Source: an uncultured Rhabdochlamydiaceae bacterium (lineage in GTDB: Bacteria; Chlamydiota; Chlamydiia; Chlamydiales; Rhabdochlamydiaceae). From it: DNA of 64,000 nt. Positions 18,833 through 28,540 of the stretch are shown one piece after another. The first letter of the stretch is position 1; each line of letters starts with the position of its first letter. The DNA is taken from assembly GCA_963712275.1 (NCBI GenBank), contig CAVQHD010000001.1, positions 1,280,001-1,344,000 on the forward strand. The letters are read 5' to 3'. A program made the translations under genes and the position numbers. The notes below the pieces were generated by a model. The model saw only the letters and a list, made by a program, of their open reading frames with translations, did not search any database and was not told where the DNA came from.

Positions 18833-19933
18833 ATGTTCTCTCTTTCTTATTTACTTGCTATTGCACTTAAGGAACTGTTTCCTAAGGCAGAAATTGATCA
18901 GATCAGAGCGACCTCCCGCTGCTTTTTTTGCGATATCAGATTTGATGGGGAATTTAGCACCTCTTTAATGAGTTTACTCGAAGAAAGAATGCGAGAATGG
19001 GCTGAGCAAAAAATCCCTTTTCAAGTCTTAAATATGGTCCCTCACAATGCGGCTCAGCTTCTAGAGCACCATGGAGAAAAAAAACTTGCTCAGCAAGTTC
19101 GAAAAAAGGAAGGGCTTATTAGATTGCTTCAGCTCGACCGATTTTTCTTTCTTGCCGAAGAAGATATTCCAGAGACAACGGGAGATATTCCTTATTTTAA
19201 ACTTGTTTGTTACAAACCCCTTAAGAAGGGGATTCGGCTGCTTGGAACGGGAGCTTTGCTAAAAGACAGCTTAAAGCAGCAAGCTCGCCAGTTAAAAGCG
19301 GTTGAAGATCCTCAAAAATATTTAGAACAGCTTGGTCTTGTCAGTTGGGTTGGAGAGCATTTGGTTTGGGAGCCGCCCGCGGAAGTTTTAAAAGAAAAAT
19401 TGAGAAAAAAAATTTTAGAGCTTTATGAAGGGTTTGACCTTGTAATGTTTCATTCCAAAGATGAGATCGAACGGAAAAAAATCTTGATGGATTGGATCCG
19501 GTTGGGAAAGGGAAAAGCCGTTCAGTTTCAAGAAAAAAAATTACAGCAATGCTTACAGGAGCCATGGGACGCACCTTTTTCTCGATCGGATCAAAGCTGG
19601 GGTCCCTTAGAAGAGATTAATTCCTTCTTGCATATCATTACAAAATTCCTTAAAATCCTTGCCTTTGATTACCAGGTGGTTAGTGTTGGGAAGATGGACC
19701 TCTCCCTTAAAAAAGCTTTAGATGCACACAAATTACCTATCGTTTCCAAGCGAAGCATTGGAAATCGTTCGCAGTTGGAATTTTGGGTGATCGATCGCCT
19801 AGGTCAAAAATGGATGATCTCCTTTTTACAAGTGGATCAAAAATCTAAAATTGTGGAGATGACAGTTTGTTTATCACTCGAAAGGTGTATTGCGCTGATG
19901 GCCGATCGATGGGAAGGAAGGATTGAAGGTTAA
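18833..19933 (+). CDS. Degenerate threonyl-tRNA synthetase-like protein
   Basis: LLAIALKELFP...FFCD...LEERMRE (N2 editing-domain-like); DRLGQKW...QVD and SLERCIA (core-like); directly upstream of infC. Confidence 0.7.
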   Translation: MFSLSYLLAIALKELFPKAEIDQIRATSRCFFCDIRFDGEFSTSLMSLLEERMREWAEQKIPFQVLNMVPHNAAQLLEHHGEKKLAQQVRKKEGLIRLLQLDRFFFLAEEDIPETTGDIPYFKLVCYKPLKKGIRLLGTGALLKDSLKQQARQLKAVEDPQKYLEQLGLVSWVGEHLVWEPPAEVLKEKLRKKILELYEGFDLVMFHSKDEIERKKILMDWIRLGKGKAVQFQEKKLQQCLQEPWDAPFSRSDQSWGPLEEINSFLHIITKFLKILAFDYQVVSVGKMDLSLKKALDAHKLPIVSKRSIGNRSQLEFWVIDRLGQKWMISFLQVDQKSKIVEMTVCLSLERCIALMADRWEGRIEG

Positions 19934-20031
19934 AAAATTGATGCGTGAAAGAGCTTCTTGTAGTATCGTTACTTGATAGAGCCAGTTTTGCAACTGGCTC
20001 GATATAATAGAAACAAATAGGTGAAAGCTGC

Positions 20032-20538
20032 TTGAGAATCAATAGAGAAATTCGTGCTCCGCGTGTTCGAGTCATTGATAAAGATGGACATCAACTTGGA
20101 GTGTTAACGCTCATGGATGCTGTAGGGCGTGCAGAACAAGTGGGGCTCGACCTGGTAGAGATTGCCCCAACTGCCGATCCTCCGGTATGTAAGATTATCG
20201 ATTATGGAAAGTTTCGATACCAACAAACGAAAAAAGAGAAAGAAGGAAAGAAGTCTCAGCACCAAGTTAAAGTGAAGGAGGTTAAGGTCAAACCTAATAC
20301 TGATGACCATGATCTTCAAACAAAGCTTCGGCATGCTCGGGAATTTATTAAAAAAGGGAATAAAGTCAAAATCACTTGCACTTATAGAGGTCGTGAGATG
20401 GCTCACCCGGAATTTGGTTTTCAGGTCGTTCAAAAGATGTGCGAAGAGATAGCAGATATCGCGTCTCCTGAAGCACCTGCGAAATTATTTGGAAAAGCGC
20501 TCTTCGTGGTCTTAGCGCCCGGAGCAAAAAAGAAATAA
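20032..20538 (+). CDS. infC: Translation initiation factor IF-3
   Basis: [35 protein letters not shown] start. Confidence 0.97.
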   Translation: MRINREIRAPRVRVIDKDGHQLGVLTLMDAVGRAEQVGLDLVEIAPTADPPVCKIIDYGKFRYQQTKKEKEGKKSQHQVKVKEVKVKPNTDDHDLQTKLRHAREFIKKGNKVKITCTYRGREMAHPEFGFQVVQKMCEEIADIASPEAPAKLFGKALFVVLAPGAKKK

Positions 20539-20548
20539 GGGAGATCTA

Positions 20549-20743
20549 ATGCCTAAAATGAAGCCCCGCAAAGCGGTTTTAGCCCGGTTTAAAGTCACCG
20601 GAACAGGAAAAATCAAACGTCGTCGTCCGGGTCGCCGCCACTTGCTGGCAGGCAAAGCTTCTAAGAGAAAACGTCGCCTTAGAAAGGATACCTTAGTTGA
20701 TAAAGGGCAGACGAAGATGTATGCACGATTAATGGGAGTATAG
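20549..20743 (+). CDS. rpmI: 50S ribosomal protein L35
   Basis: MPKMK...[10 protein letters not shown]. Confidence 0.97.
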   Translation: MPKMKPRKAVLARFKVTGTGKIKRRRPGRRHLLAGKASKRKRRLRKDTLVDKGQTKMYARLMGV

Positions 20744-20744
20744 T

Positions 20745-21110
20745 ATGGTAAGAGCAACCAATGCAGTTTATAGCAATCGCAAACGGAAACGTTTGCTCAA
20801 GCAAGCCAAGGGGTTTGTTGGCGATCGTAAAAATCACCGTCGTTTAACATCCAATTCCGTTCTTCAAGCGATGGCTTATAACTACCGTGGGCGGAAGCAG
20901 CGGAAACGGGATTTTCGCAGCCTATGGATCAACCGCTTAGGTGTAGGAGCCAATCTTCATGGGCTCTCCTATAGCAAGTTTATCCATGGCCTTAAAAGAG
21001 CAGAGTGTTTAATCGATCGAAAAATGCTCACGGAGATGGCGATCCAAGATCCTGCAGGTTTTGCAGCGATTGCGGCTCATGTCAAAAGTGCCCTCGTTTC
21101 CCATGGATAA
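20745..21110 (+). CDS. rplT: 50S ribosomal protein L20
   Basis: KQAKGF.G, RKQRKRDFRSLWI, SYSKFI, DRKML. Confidence 0.97.
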   Translation: MVRATNAVYSNRKRKRLLKQAKGFVGDRKNHRRLTSNSVLQAMAYNYRGRKQRKRDFRSLWINRLGVGANLHGLSYSKFIHGLKRAECLIDRKMLTEMAIQDPAGFAAIAAHVKSALVSHG

Positions 21111-22134
21111 ACATATCGGAGAATTGCGCCAGCAGTTCAAGCAAGAGCTGACTCAAGTCAAAGATTCCAAAGATGTTGAGCAGCTCAAGATCCGATATTT
21201 AGGAAAGAAAGGGCCGCTCCAGGCTCTCATGACGCAGCTTCGAGAGGTGTCCGCCAGCGAGCGTCCCTTGCTAGGAAAGCAAATCAATGATTTAAAGATT
21301 GAGCTTGAGACCCTTTGCCATGAAGCACATATCGGGTATCAAGGAGCTGAGCTGGCCCGTCAAATCGATCTCGAAAAAATAGATGTCACACTTCCCGGGA
21401 GACGTGAGTTGCAGGGGAGAGCTCATCCTCTCACGCAACTCTTAAGCGAGATCATCGACATTTTACGAGGAATGGGATTTTCTGTTCAGTATGGCCCCGA
21501 TATCGATACCGATTGGTATAACTATGAGGGGCTTAACTTTCCTCCCGATCATCCAGCGAGAGAGATGCAAGATACCTTTTATATTGATGCGAAGCGGCTC
21601 TTGCGGTCTCATACTTCTAATACGCAACTCCGTGTGATGGAAAAAGCAACTCCACCTATCCGAGTCATTGCGCCTGGCACTGTGTATCGCAATGAAAATA
21701 TCAGTGCTCGCTCGCATGTCTTTTTCCACCAGGTTGAAGGGCTCTATATCGACCGACATATCTCCTTTGCAGACCTTTTTTCAACAATGCAAGAATTTTG
21801 GAGCAAGCTTCTTAAAAAGAAGGTCGAAACTCGGCTCAGGCCTAGCTATTTTCCTTTTGTAGAGCCGGCTCTTGAAATCGATATTCGATGCACCCAATGT
21901 GAGGGACAGTCTGAAGGAAAGGGATGCCGCCTCTGCAAATATTCAGGGTGGCTCGAAGTTGCTGGGGCAGGAATGGTTCATCCAGAAGTACTTCGCAATG
22001 GAGGGATTGATCCTGACATCTACTCGGGATATGCGTGGGGGATGGGGGTTGAGCGGCTTGCCATGCTTCGGTATGGCATTGATGACATCCGTCTCTTTTC
22101 CGAAAATGATCTTCGGTTTCTGACTCAGTTTTAA
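21103..22134 (+). CDS. pheS: Phenylalanine-tRNA ligase alpha subunit
   Basis: HPAREMQDTF, LRSHTS, FHQVEG, YFPFVEP, GMGVERLAM. Confidence 0.97.
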   Translation: MDKHIGELRQQFKQELTQVKDSKDVEQLKIRYLGKKGPLQALMTQLREVSASERPLLGKQINDLKIELETLCHEAHIGYQGAELARQIDLEKIDVTLPGRRELQGRAHPLTQLLSEIIDILRGMGFSVQYGPDIDTDWYNYEGLNFPPDHPAREMQDTFYIDAKRLLRSHTSNTQLRVMEKATPPIRVIAPGTVYRNENISARSHVFFHQVEGLYIDRHISFADLFSTMQEFWSKLLKKKVETRLRPSYFPFVEPALEIDIRCTQCEGQSEGKGCRLCKYSGWLEVAGAGMVHPEVLRNGGIDPDIYSGYAWGMGVERLAMLRYGIDDIRLFSENDLRFLTQF

Positions 22135-22135
22135 A

Positions 22136-22163
22136 AGAAGGGTGTCTTCAAAGGCACCCTTCT
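22136..22163. terminator. Hairpin after pheS
   Basis: AGAAGGGTGTC-TTCAAA-GGCACCCTTCT between convergent genes. Confidence 0.6.
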
Positions 22164-22217
22164 AAACCTCTCACACTTCAGCAGTAAAGAGAGGCTCATA
22201 ATAGGAATTAGTAACTA

Positions 22218-22691
22218 TTACAAGTCTTTTGGTTTTTGCGGTTGTTCTGGTCCTTTCGTGCCTTTAGGAGCGAATGCCCAATCGATCAAGCTCATTCCGC
22301 CAAGTGCAAGCACTGTTAAAGCACCAGACTGAGGAAGGGAAAGCTTTAAATTCAAAAGCTGCTTTATTACAAGCCCGGCAACTGCAGCATTTGTGACTAC
22401 AATTGCCCATGCACGTTTAGGCGATTCTTTTACTTCCTTCGACACTAGATCAGAAGCAAGTACTGCCGTGAAAGCTGTATAGACAGCACTCACAACTGCC
22501 ACATATTTAAAAGTGGCACTAGCATCTAAGTCTTTGATCAAATCATTATCAGTAGCAACATGAGTAGCAACGTATGCTATTGCACTAAGTCCCCAGATCT
22601 GAGGAGAATTTTTAACCAATGCACTTACTGGTATTGAAGAGACTCTCACAAAAGCATTTGCTCCTGCGGATAACGGATCAAGAAAACTCAT
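22218..22691 (-). CDS. Hypothetical multi-pass membrane protein (Inc-like)
   Basis: Four hydrophobic segments; GGAGGT SD. Confidence 0.6.
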   Translation of the reverse strand: MSFLDPLSAGANAFVRVSSIPVSALVKNSPQIWGLSAIAYVATHVATDNDLIKDLDASATFKYVAVVSAVYTAFTAVLASDLVSKEVKESPKRAWAIVVTNAAVAGLVIKQLLNLKLSLPQSGALTVLALGGMSLIDWAFAPKGTKGPEQPQKPKDL

Positions 22692-22785
22692 ATAAACCTC
22701 CATTGAAGTGTTAGAAGAAAAATCTTAAGCATGCATGGCTTTTTAAGCAAATGGTTTTTTTTGATTTTTTTTTCGAAAAATCCGA

Positions 22786-22814
22786 TTGTCCCTTAAGGCC
22801 TAAATTTCTATAAT
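22786..22814 (+). promoter_or_regulatory. Promoter of tRNA-Ser
   Basis: TTGTCC-17 bp-TATAAT, 12 bp before the tRNA. Confidence 0.65.
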
Positions 22815-22826
22815 GCTCATTCTCAT

Positions 22827-22911
22827 GGAAGAGTGGCAGAGTGGCCTATTGCGGCTGTCTTGAAAACAGTTGTCGGGAAACCGACCGTGGGTTCGAATCC
22901 TACCTCTTCCG
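22827..22911 (+). tRNA. tRNA-Ser(TGA)
   Basis: GGAAGAG/CTCTTCC acceptor stem, CT-TGA-AA loop, long variable arm, GTTCGAATC. Confidence 0.96.
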
Positions 22912-23118
22912 ACTCTTGGTCTCTTGGTGAAGAGTGAGATTGCCTGAAATCGTATAATTTTTACTTTAAGAGCAGTTTTGTCAAAATCACATAAAATATA
23001 AGACTTTGATTGTAAGCAATTAGCAAAGTTTTTGTTCGCCAGAATGACAATTGTCATTTTGGCGAACGGAATTTAATTGCATTTTTCGTTCGCGAAAACA
23101 ACAATTGTTGTTAGGGAG

Positions 23119-23174
23119 CAGTGCTTCCTCCCAGTCCTAAAAGGACTGGATTTCCGCACTGTCAAGCGGATGAA
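23119..23174 (-). mobile_element. Orphan IS200/IS605-type left-end hairpin abutting a TTCAT target
   Basis: Minus strand: TTCAT followed by GGAAATCCAGTCCTTTTAGGACTGGGAGGAAG hairpin; no tnpA/tnpB nearby. Confidence 0.45.
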
Positions 23175-24066
23175 AATCAAACATTTTATCTTGATATTTC
23201 TTTGCGGCCTGTGCTGGGGGCCGTCTTACCTATTCATCAAGATTGCCGTCGATACTGTTCCGCCCTTGACGCTAGTTCTTTTGAGGGTGGGCATTTCGGC
23301 GTTGATTCTTTATCCGATTTGCCTGTTGCAGCGGCATTTCTTATGGACTTACCGGCAGTACTGGAGGCATTTTGTTGTGCTGGGCGTTACGCTTAATGCT
23401 CTGCCCTTTTGCCTCATCAGTTTTGCCGAGCTCTACATTTCGAGTTCTTTAGGAGGCATTCTCAACGGACTGACGCTGATTTTTACATCAATTTTTGCTC
23501 ATTATTTCGGCAAACATGAACCGCTCAACTGCAAAAAGGTCCTAGGGATTTTTTCGGGGCTCGCAGGCCTCATCTTGATCTATTTGCCTTTTTTATTCGA
23601 TCAGAAGGGAGCGAGCGAATTTGGCGTGCTGCTCATGGTACTCGCAACGCTCAGTTATGCGACCGGAACCGTTTATGCCAGGACGCATCTTGCCAAAATC
23701 CCTGGGCTCGTCGCCCTCACCTTGCAGCTGATCGTATCGACAGCCTGTCTGCTTCCTCTATCGCTATGCATCGATCATCCTTTTAGCCTTTCTTTTCCGC
23801 CTCTACAAGCATGGCTAGGGGTCGCCGGCCTTGCCCTCATCGGCACGGTGATCGGATTTTACATCTTTTATAAGACGATTCAGGAGGCAGGCGCGACGTT
23901 TGCCGCTTTTGCGACGCTGATCATTCCCATCATTGTGATGCTCTTGGGTGTAGTTGTTTTACAGGAGAAACTGACGTGGAACCTCTATGTTGGGACGGCA
24001 TTTATTATCGCCGGCGCCTGGGCCGTTAGCCAAGCGATTAAAAAAGACAAAGAGCAAATTGCATAA
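23170..24066 (+). CDS. EamA/DMT family transporter
   Basis: WGPSYLFIKIA, two EamA repeats, about 10 TMs. Confidence 0.92.
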   Translation: MKIKHFILIFLCGLCWGPSYLFIKIAVDTVPPLTLVLLRVGISALILYPICLLQRHFLWTYRQYWRHFVVLGVTLNALPFCLISFAELYISSSLGGILNGLTLIFTSIFAHYFGKHEPLNCKKVLGIFSGLAGLILIYLPFLFDQKGASEFGVLLMVLATLSYATGTVYARTHLAKIPGLVALTLQLIVSTACLLPLSLCIDHPFSLSFPPLQAWLGVAGLALIGTVIGFYIFYKTIQEAGATFAAFATLIIPIIVMLLGVVVLQEKLTWNLYVGTAFIIAGAWAVSQAIKKDKEQIA

Positions 24067-24133
24067 CGCATGAACTGTAAGAAATCGCAATTGACGATCC
24101 GGAAGGTATTCGCAAACGATTATTAGGGCAATA

Positions 24134-24748
24134 ATGGATGTTTATTTCGAAAAATTTCGATCTTTCGTACAGAAAGTTGTTCCAGCAATGACCGAAGATG
24201 ACCTCAAAACATTATCTTCAAAAGCTCAGAAGGCTGTCTTTGAAAAGGGTGATCTATTTGTAAAAGAAGGGGAGATCTGTCAGCGATTGCTCTTTATTCA
24301 TCAAGGGGTATTCCGTTATTACATTGTGCATGAGGGGTGCGACATCACAAAGGATTTTGCTGTAGATACGCAAAATCCTTTCTGTACTTCCTATACGAGT
24401 TTTATGCTTCAAAGACCATCCGAGATTTGGATAGAAGCTCTAGAATCGTGCCAAGTTTGGTCCTGGGATAAATCAGATGTCCAGCCGCTATTTCAAGACC
24501 ATCCCGCTTGGTTACGTTTTGCAAAAGCGATGGCTGAGCGGCTATTCTTCCGTAAGGAGCAAAAAGAAATAGAACTACTCAAGTGTTCTGCAGAGGAAAG
24601 ATACCGACATTTTTTGACCCATTTCCCTGGGTTATCGCAGAGGATTCCTCAATATCATATAGCGACCTACCTAGGTATTACACCGGAATCGCTATCGAGG
24701 ATTCGGTCGAAGCCGGGGATCACTGGCAGCAAAATGTGCGAGTCGTAG
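24134..24748 (+). CDS. Crp/Fnr family transcriptional regulator
   Basis: cNMP-binding N-domain; SAEERY...IPQYHIATYLGITPESLSRIR HTH. Confidence 0.92.
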   Translation: MDVYFEKFRSFVQKVVPAMTEDDLKTLSSKAQKAVFEKGDLFVKEGEICQRLLFIHQGVFRYYIVHEGCDITKDFAVDTQNPFCTSYTSFMLQRPSEIWIEALESCQVWSWDKSDVQPLFQDHPAWLRFAKAMAERLFFRKEQKEIELLKCSAEERYRHFLTHFPGLSQRIPQYHIATYLGITPESLSRIRSKPGITGSKMCES

Positions 24749-26424
24749 TTTGCACCTGTCCAGATTGTAGTCATGGAAGCTGCGCGATCATTATGAAAGA
24801 AAGTGTCGGTCGTAGGGTCGTCAGTGCCACTGATAACCACAGCAAGGGTGGTTCCAGCCTCGAATACCATGCTCGTTGGCCATACTTCGATTTCCACTGC
24901 AGCGATTTCTCCAGGGGTTAAAGGGAGAATTTCATCATGTGTGAGATAAGGCTGGTAAGGCTTACTACGATTTGAGTCCAGTTTCCGATGTGATACACGC
25001 AGCCATCCTTTGGTTACAGGCCCTGGTGTAGGAGTAGTATTCACTTGAGTCATTTCCTTTCCATTGGAATCGATTTTTTTTAGAGCGACAAAGAGGTCTG
25101 CGTCATCTGTCGTTGAAGAGACCCAGAGTTTGAGCTTAATGGGCCCTGTGATCTCGGTATTTTCTGCAAACGGTGTTGTAAGAAATGTAGCAGTTTTTTC
25201 ATCATAATCAACCCTAGATACATTGGATTGTTCGATTGCATTCAAAGAGTTTGTACGACCATCCAGATAAAGTGGAGTCCATAGCGTACGGGCAAGAGGC
25301 CACTCATTTTCGTAGCGCCATGTATACTGGTCCCCACTGCCATGCCGAATGGCTAGTTTTATTGGGGGGATCGATAACATGCCATTGTCGATTCCTTTCA
25401 GAAATTGATCGAAAAATCGTTTTTGATCTGCAACGCCCTCTTTACTATAAAAGCTGCTCACATAGCTGCCCGTGTGCATCTGTAGCCATTTATGGGATGA
25501 GGATATTTGTTGAAAGCCTTCGATGTTTCCCTTTCCATGCAAGGAAAATCCACCCCAGTTACCTGATGAATAAACAGGAATTTGAATCTGTTTAAGATTC
25601 GATGCAGAAGGGAGAAACTGATTTGTCCAAAATGGATCTGTTGCCATCTCGGCTGTTGCAACAGCCTTTGGCCAGTGAGGGATCTCTAGATTTTGTGCTA
25701 AGATATCTTGGTTGATAGTGCCCTTTCCATACTGACCTGCTAGAACTCGACCGTGATACCATCCGTTGATGAAGGCATTAGAAAGGATTCCTCCTTGCCT
25801 TGTAGCATCGCGGTAAGCATCGGTAAATCCTTCCCAGGGGATGATGGCAGCGAGATGGGGGGGATGCATTTCGGCTGCAATCCATTGTGAGACCGCGTAG
25901 TACGAGACTCCAAGCATGCCGACTTTGCCGCTGCTCCAAGGCTGGGTGCCTAGCCACTCAATGACATCGTAGACGTCATTTGCAAATTCTTTCGATAGAA
26001 TACGGACTTCTCCTGGGGATTTGCCGCTTCCGCGTTGGTCAATACGTACGACGATATAGCCATCTTTGACCCATGTTTCAGGATCGGGGGTTTCCCAGAC
26101 CATATTTTCATTTTGGATAGGGGATTTAGAATAAGTCATTGGATCAAAATCGGCGAAGTGTGTCTCTTTGCAGTAAGGTCCATACGTAAAAATCACTGGA
26201 TACTGCTGATGGGTGTCAGAGGGACGAAAGACATCTGCGAAAACAGAAGCGCCATCTCGCAATGGAATTCTCAGATCTTTTTCAATGACCATTGCATACT
26301 GATGCTGCACAGCCCTGGCATCCATAGTAGGCCCAGAGGATGGAAAGGCTAGTAACAGAGCGCTAGAAAGTAGTATCGCCGCACAAATAGAAATTAAATA
26401 TTTGGCTCTCTTTTGTTGTATCAT
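24667..26424 (-). CDS. CocE/NonD family hydrolase with signal peptide
   Basis: DQRGSGKSPG, GKVGMLGVSY (GxSY nucleophile), C-terminal PepX_C-like region. Confidence 0.9.
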   Translation of the reverse strand: MIQQKRAKYLISICAAILLSSALLLAFPSSGPTMDARAVQHQYAMVIEKDLRIPLRDGASVFADVFRPSDTHQQYPVIFTYGPYCKETHFADFDPMTYSKSPIQNENMVWETPDPETWVKDGYIVVRIDQRGSGKSPGEVRILSKEFANDVYDVIEWLGTQPWSSGKVGMLGVSYYAVSQWIAAEMHPPHLAAIIPWEGFTDAYRDATRQGGILSNAFINGWYHGRVLAGQYGKGTINQDILAQNLEIPHWPKAVATAEMATDPFWTNQFLPSASNLKQIQIPVYSSGNWGGFSLHGKGNIEGFQQISSSHKWLQMHTGSYVSSFYSKEGVADQKRFFDQFLKGIDNGMLSIPPIKLAIRHGSGDQYTWRYENEWPLARTLWTPLYLDGRTNSLNAIEQSNVSRVDYDEKTATFLTTPFAENTEITGPIKLKLWVSSTTDDADLFVALKKIDSNGKEMTQVNTTPTPGPVTKGWLRVSHRKLDSNRSKPYQPYLTHDEILPLTPGEIAAVEIEVWPTSMVFEAGTTLAVVISGTDDPTTDTFFHNDRAASMTTIWTGANYDSHILLPVIPGFDRILDSDSGVIPR

Positions 26425-26577
26425 AAAATGTCATCTCCCTCTATTGGTTAAGCCATTAATGTAACTCAGGTCAAAATTTAGTCTCATTGATCTACGTTAA
26501 GAAATGACGTTTCCTTGCATGGGTTGTAGGCAGCGTGTTACAATTCTTGAAAGGTTTTAGAGGGATATGCAAGAACA

Positions 26578-26676
26578 AATTTTTTCGTCACTGACGGTGA
26601 GCTAAGTCAGGGGGCAACTGTTTCCAAAATGGAAACAGTTCAAATGGAAGGGGAGCGTCAGGTTATACGCGAACAG
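26578..26676 (+). pseudogene. Fragment of a RhuM-family protein
   Basis: Translates NFFVTDGELSQGATVSKMETVQMEGERQVIREQ, matching the RhuM GEL...ATVSKMETVQ.EG.RQV motif; no start or remainder. Confidence 0.6.
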
Positions 26677-26689
26677 ACGCTCCCTGTTT

Positions 26690-28522
26690 CTAAGTCTTTT
26701 TCTCGGATCGCTTGCGCTCGTTTTCCTTGAGGAGCCGTTTGCGTAGGCGGATTGACTTGGGAGTGATTTCGATCACTTCGTCTTCGTTGATGAAGTCGAT
26801 GGCGGTCTCGAGCGTAAATTTGCGAGGAGGGGTGAGAATGATGTTCTCGTCGCTGCCTGCGGCGCGGATATTGGTGAGCTGCTTCTCCTTGGTGATGTTT
26901 ACCATCAGGTCGTTATCGCGGCTGTTTTCCCCGACAATCATCCCTTCATAGACTTCTTCGCCGGGGCCTACAAAAAGAGATCCTCGCTCTTGAAGTGCGA
27001 AAGCGGCATAGCCAGTGACTTTTCCTTGGTTACCTGAGATCAGAACTCCTTTCAACCTACCGACAATCTCTCCTTTCCAGGGGGCGTAGGATTCAAAAAT
27101 TGAAGTTAAAATTCCAAGGCCGCGGGTGGCGGTTAAAAATTCGCTTCGGTACCCCATGAGCCCGCGGGTCGGCATGAGGAATTGAAGAGTTGTGATGCCG
27201 TGTTCATTGGTCTCAAGAAGGCGCATTTCGCCCCGCCGTCGAGAGAGCTCTTCGATGACCTTTCCTGAATATTCTTGAGGCACCTCGATATGGACGCTTT
27301 CCATCGGTTCACACTTTGCCCCATCGATTTCTTTGAAAATCACCCGAGGCTTGGAGATGACAAATTCATACCCTTCGCGTCGCATGGCCTCAAGTAGCAC
27401 GGCTAAATGCAATTCTCCCCGACCGCTGACTTCAATCGATTCTTCTCGGTTCGTCTCAATTTTAAGAGAGATGTTTGCCCGTTTTTCTTGCATCAGGCGG
27501 TCCCGAATTTTATTCATCGTTACGTTTTTTCCATCTCGACCGACAAAGGGTCCATTGTTGACCATCACTTCAATGGTAAGTGTCGGCTCTGCTAAATCGA
27601 TCGGTGGAAGCTGGACAATATGGGTGGGAGAGCAAAGGGTGTCTCCAATCGTCACATCGGGGATTCCCGCAATGCTGACGATATCGCCGACGCCGGCCTC
27701 GTCCATTTCGATTTTCTTCAGCCCCAGATACCCTTCAATGCGGACCACTTTATGTTCGGATGGATGCCCTTCTTTGTTCACCCTCGTAACGGCATCCCCC
27801 TTCCGAATCTTCCCTTCGAGGATTCTTCCGCACGCCTGCCGGCCCACGTAGTCATCGTAGGTGAGAGTTGTCGATTGCATGAGAAAAGGAAGATCTAGAT
27901 TGCCAGGAGGCGCAGGAACAAATTGAATAATCAGCTCAAAAAGAGGCGTCAAGTCGACTTGGGGGTCGGTTAAATTTTTCATTGCAACCCCTTTGAGGCC
28001 CGACGCGTAAATGACAGGAAAATCAAGCTGCGCATCGGTGGCGCCGAGCTCAACAAAGAGATCAAAGGTTAAATTTAAGGCACGGTCTGGGTTGGCATGA
28101 GGGCGGTCGATTTTATTTAGGACGACAATCGGTCGAAGCCCCATTTTAAGTGCCTGAGAAAGCACAAACCGGGTTTGAGGCATCGGCCCTTCCTGAGCGT
28201 CCACGATGAGTAGGACCGAATTGACAAGCCCTAGGACCCGTTCTACCTCTCCTGAAAAGTCAGCATGCCCAGGGGTATCGATAATATTAATTTTAAAATC
28301 TTGGAAAAAGACACTAGTATGCTTAGCAAAGATCGTGATGCCCCGCTCTTGTTCTTGATCGTAGCTATCCAGCACTCTTTCAGGAACTTTTTCATTGTCT
28401 CGAAAGATATTCGATTGTTTCAAGAATTCATCGAGAAGGGTTGTTTTCCCGTGGTCGATGTGGGCAATAATGGCGATGTTGCGGATCTTTTCAGGTGGAA
28501 AATATTTAGTGTATGCTGTCAT
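26690..28522 (-). CDS. typA: Translational GTPase TypA/BipA
   Basis: [34 protein letters not shown]. Confidence 0.97.
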   Translation of the reverse strand: MTAYTKYFPPEKIRNIAIIAHIDHGKTTLLDEFLKQSNIFRDNEKVPERVLDSYDQEQERGITIFAKHTSVFFQDFKINIIDTPGHADFSGEVERVLGLVNSVLLIVDAQEGPMPQTRFVLSQALKMGLRPIVVLNKIDRPHANPDRALNLTFDLFVELGATDAQLDFPVIYASGLKGVAMKNLTDPQVDLTPLFELIIQFVPAPPGNLDLPFLMQSTTLTYDDYVGRQACGRILEGKIRKGDAVTRVNKEGHPSEHKVVRIEGYLGLKKIEMDEAGVGDIVSIAGIPDVTIGDTLCSPTHIVQLPPIDLAEPTLTIEVMVNNGPFVGRDGKNVTMNKIRDRLMQEKRANISLKIETNREESIEVSGRGELHLAVLLEAMRREGYEFVISKPRVIFKEIDGAKCEPMESVHIEVPQEYSGKVIEELSRRRGEMRLLETNEHGITTLQFLMPTRGLMGYRSEFLTATRGLGILTSIFESYAPWKGEIVGRLKGVLISGNQGKVTGYAAFALQERGSLFVGPGEEVYEGMIVGENSRDNDLMVNITKEKQLTNIRAAGSDENIILTPPRKFTLETAIDFINEDEVIEITPKSIRLRKRLLKENERKRSEKKT

Positions 28523-28540
28523 GTTTTCTTGGGGTTGTTA

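Noticed and set aside
18794..19933. Functional thrS; ORF start at 18794
   Set aside because: Catalytic and anticodon-binding parts are missing; the 18794 start lies inside tRNA-Val, so ATG 18833 is preferred
22800..23057. 85-aa minus-strand ORF
   Set aside because: Antisense to tRNA-Ser
26626..26684. Palindrome near 26616-26640 and hairpin 26651-26684 as operator or typA terminator
   Set aside because: Largely explained by the RhuM coding fragment; the hairpin lacks a clear U-tract
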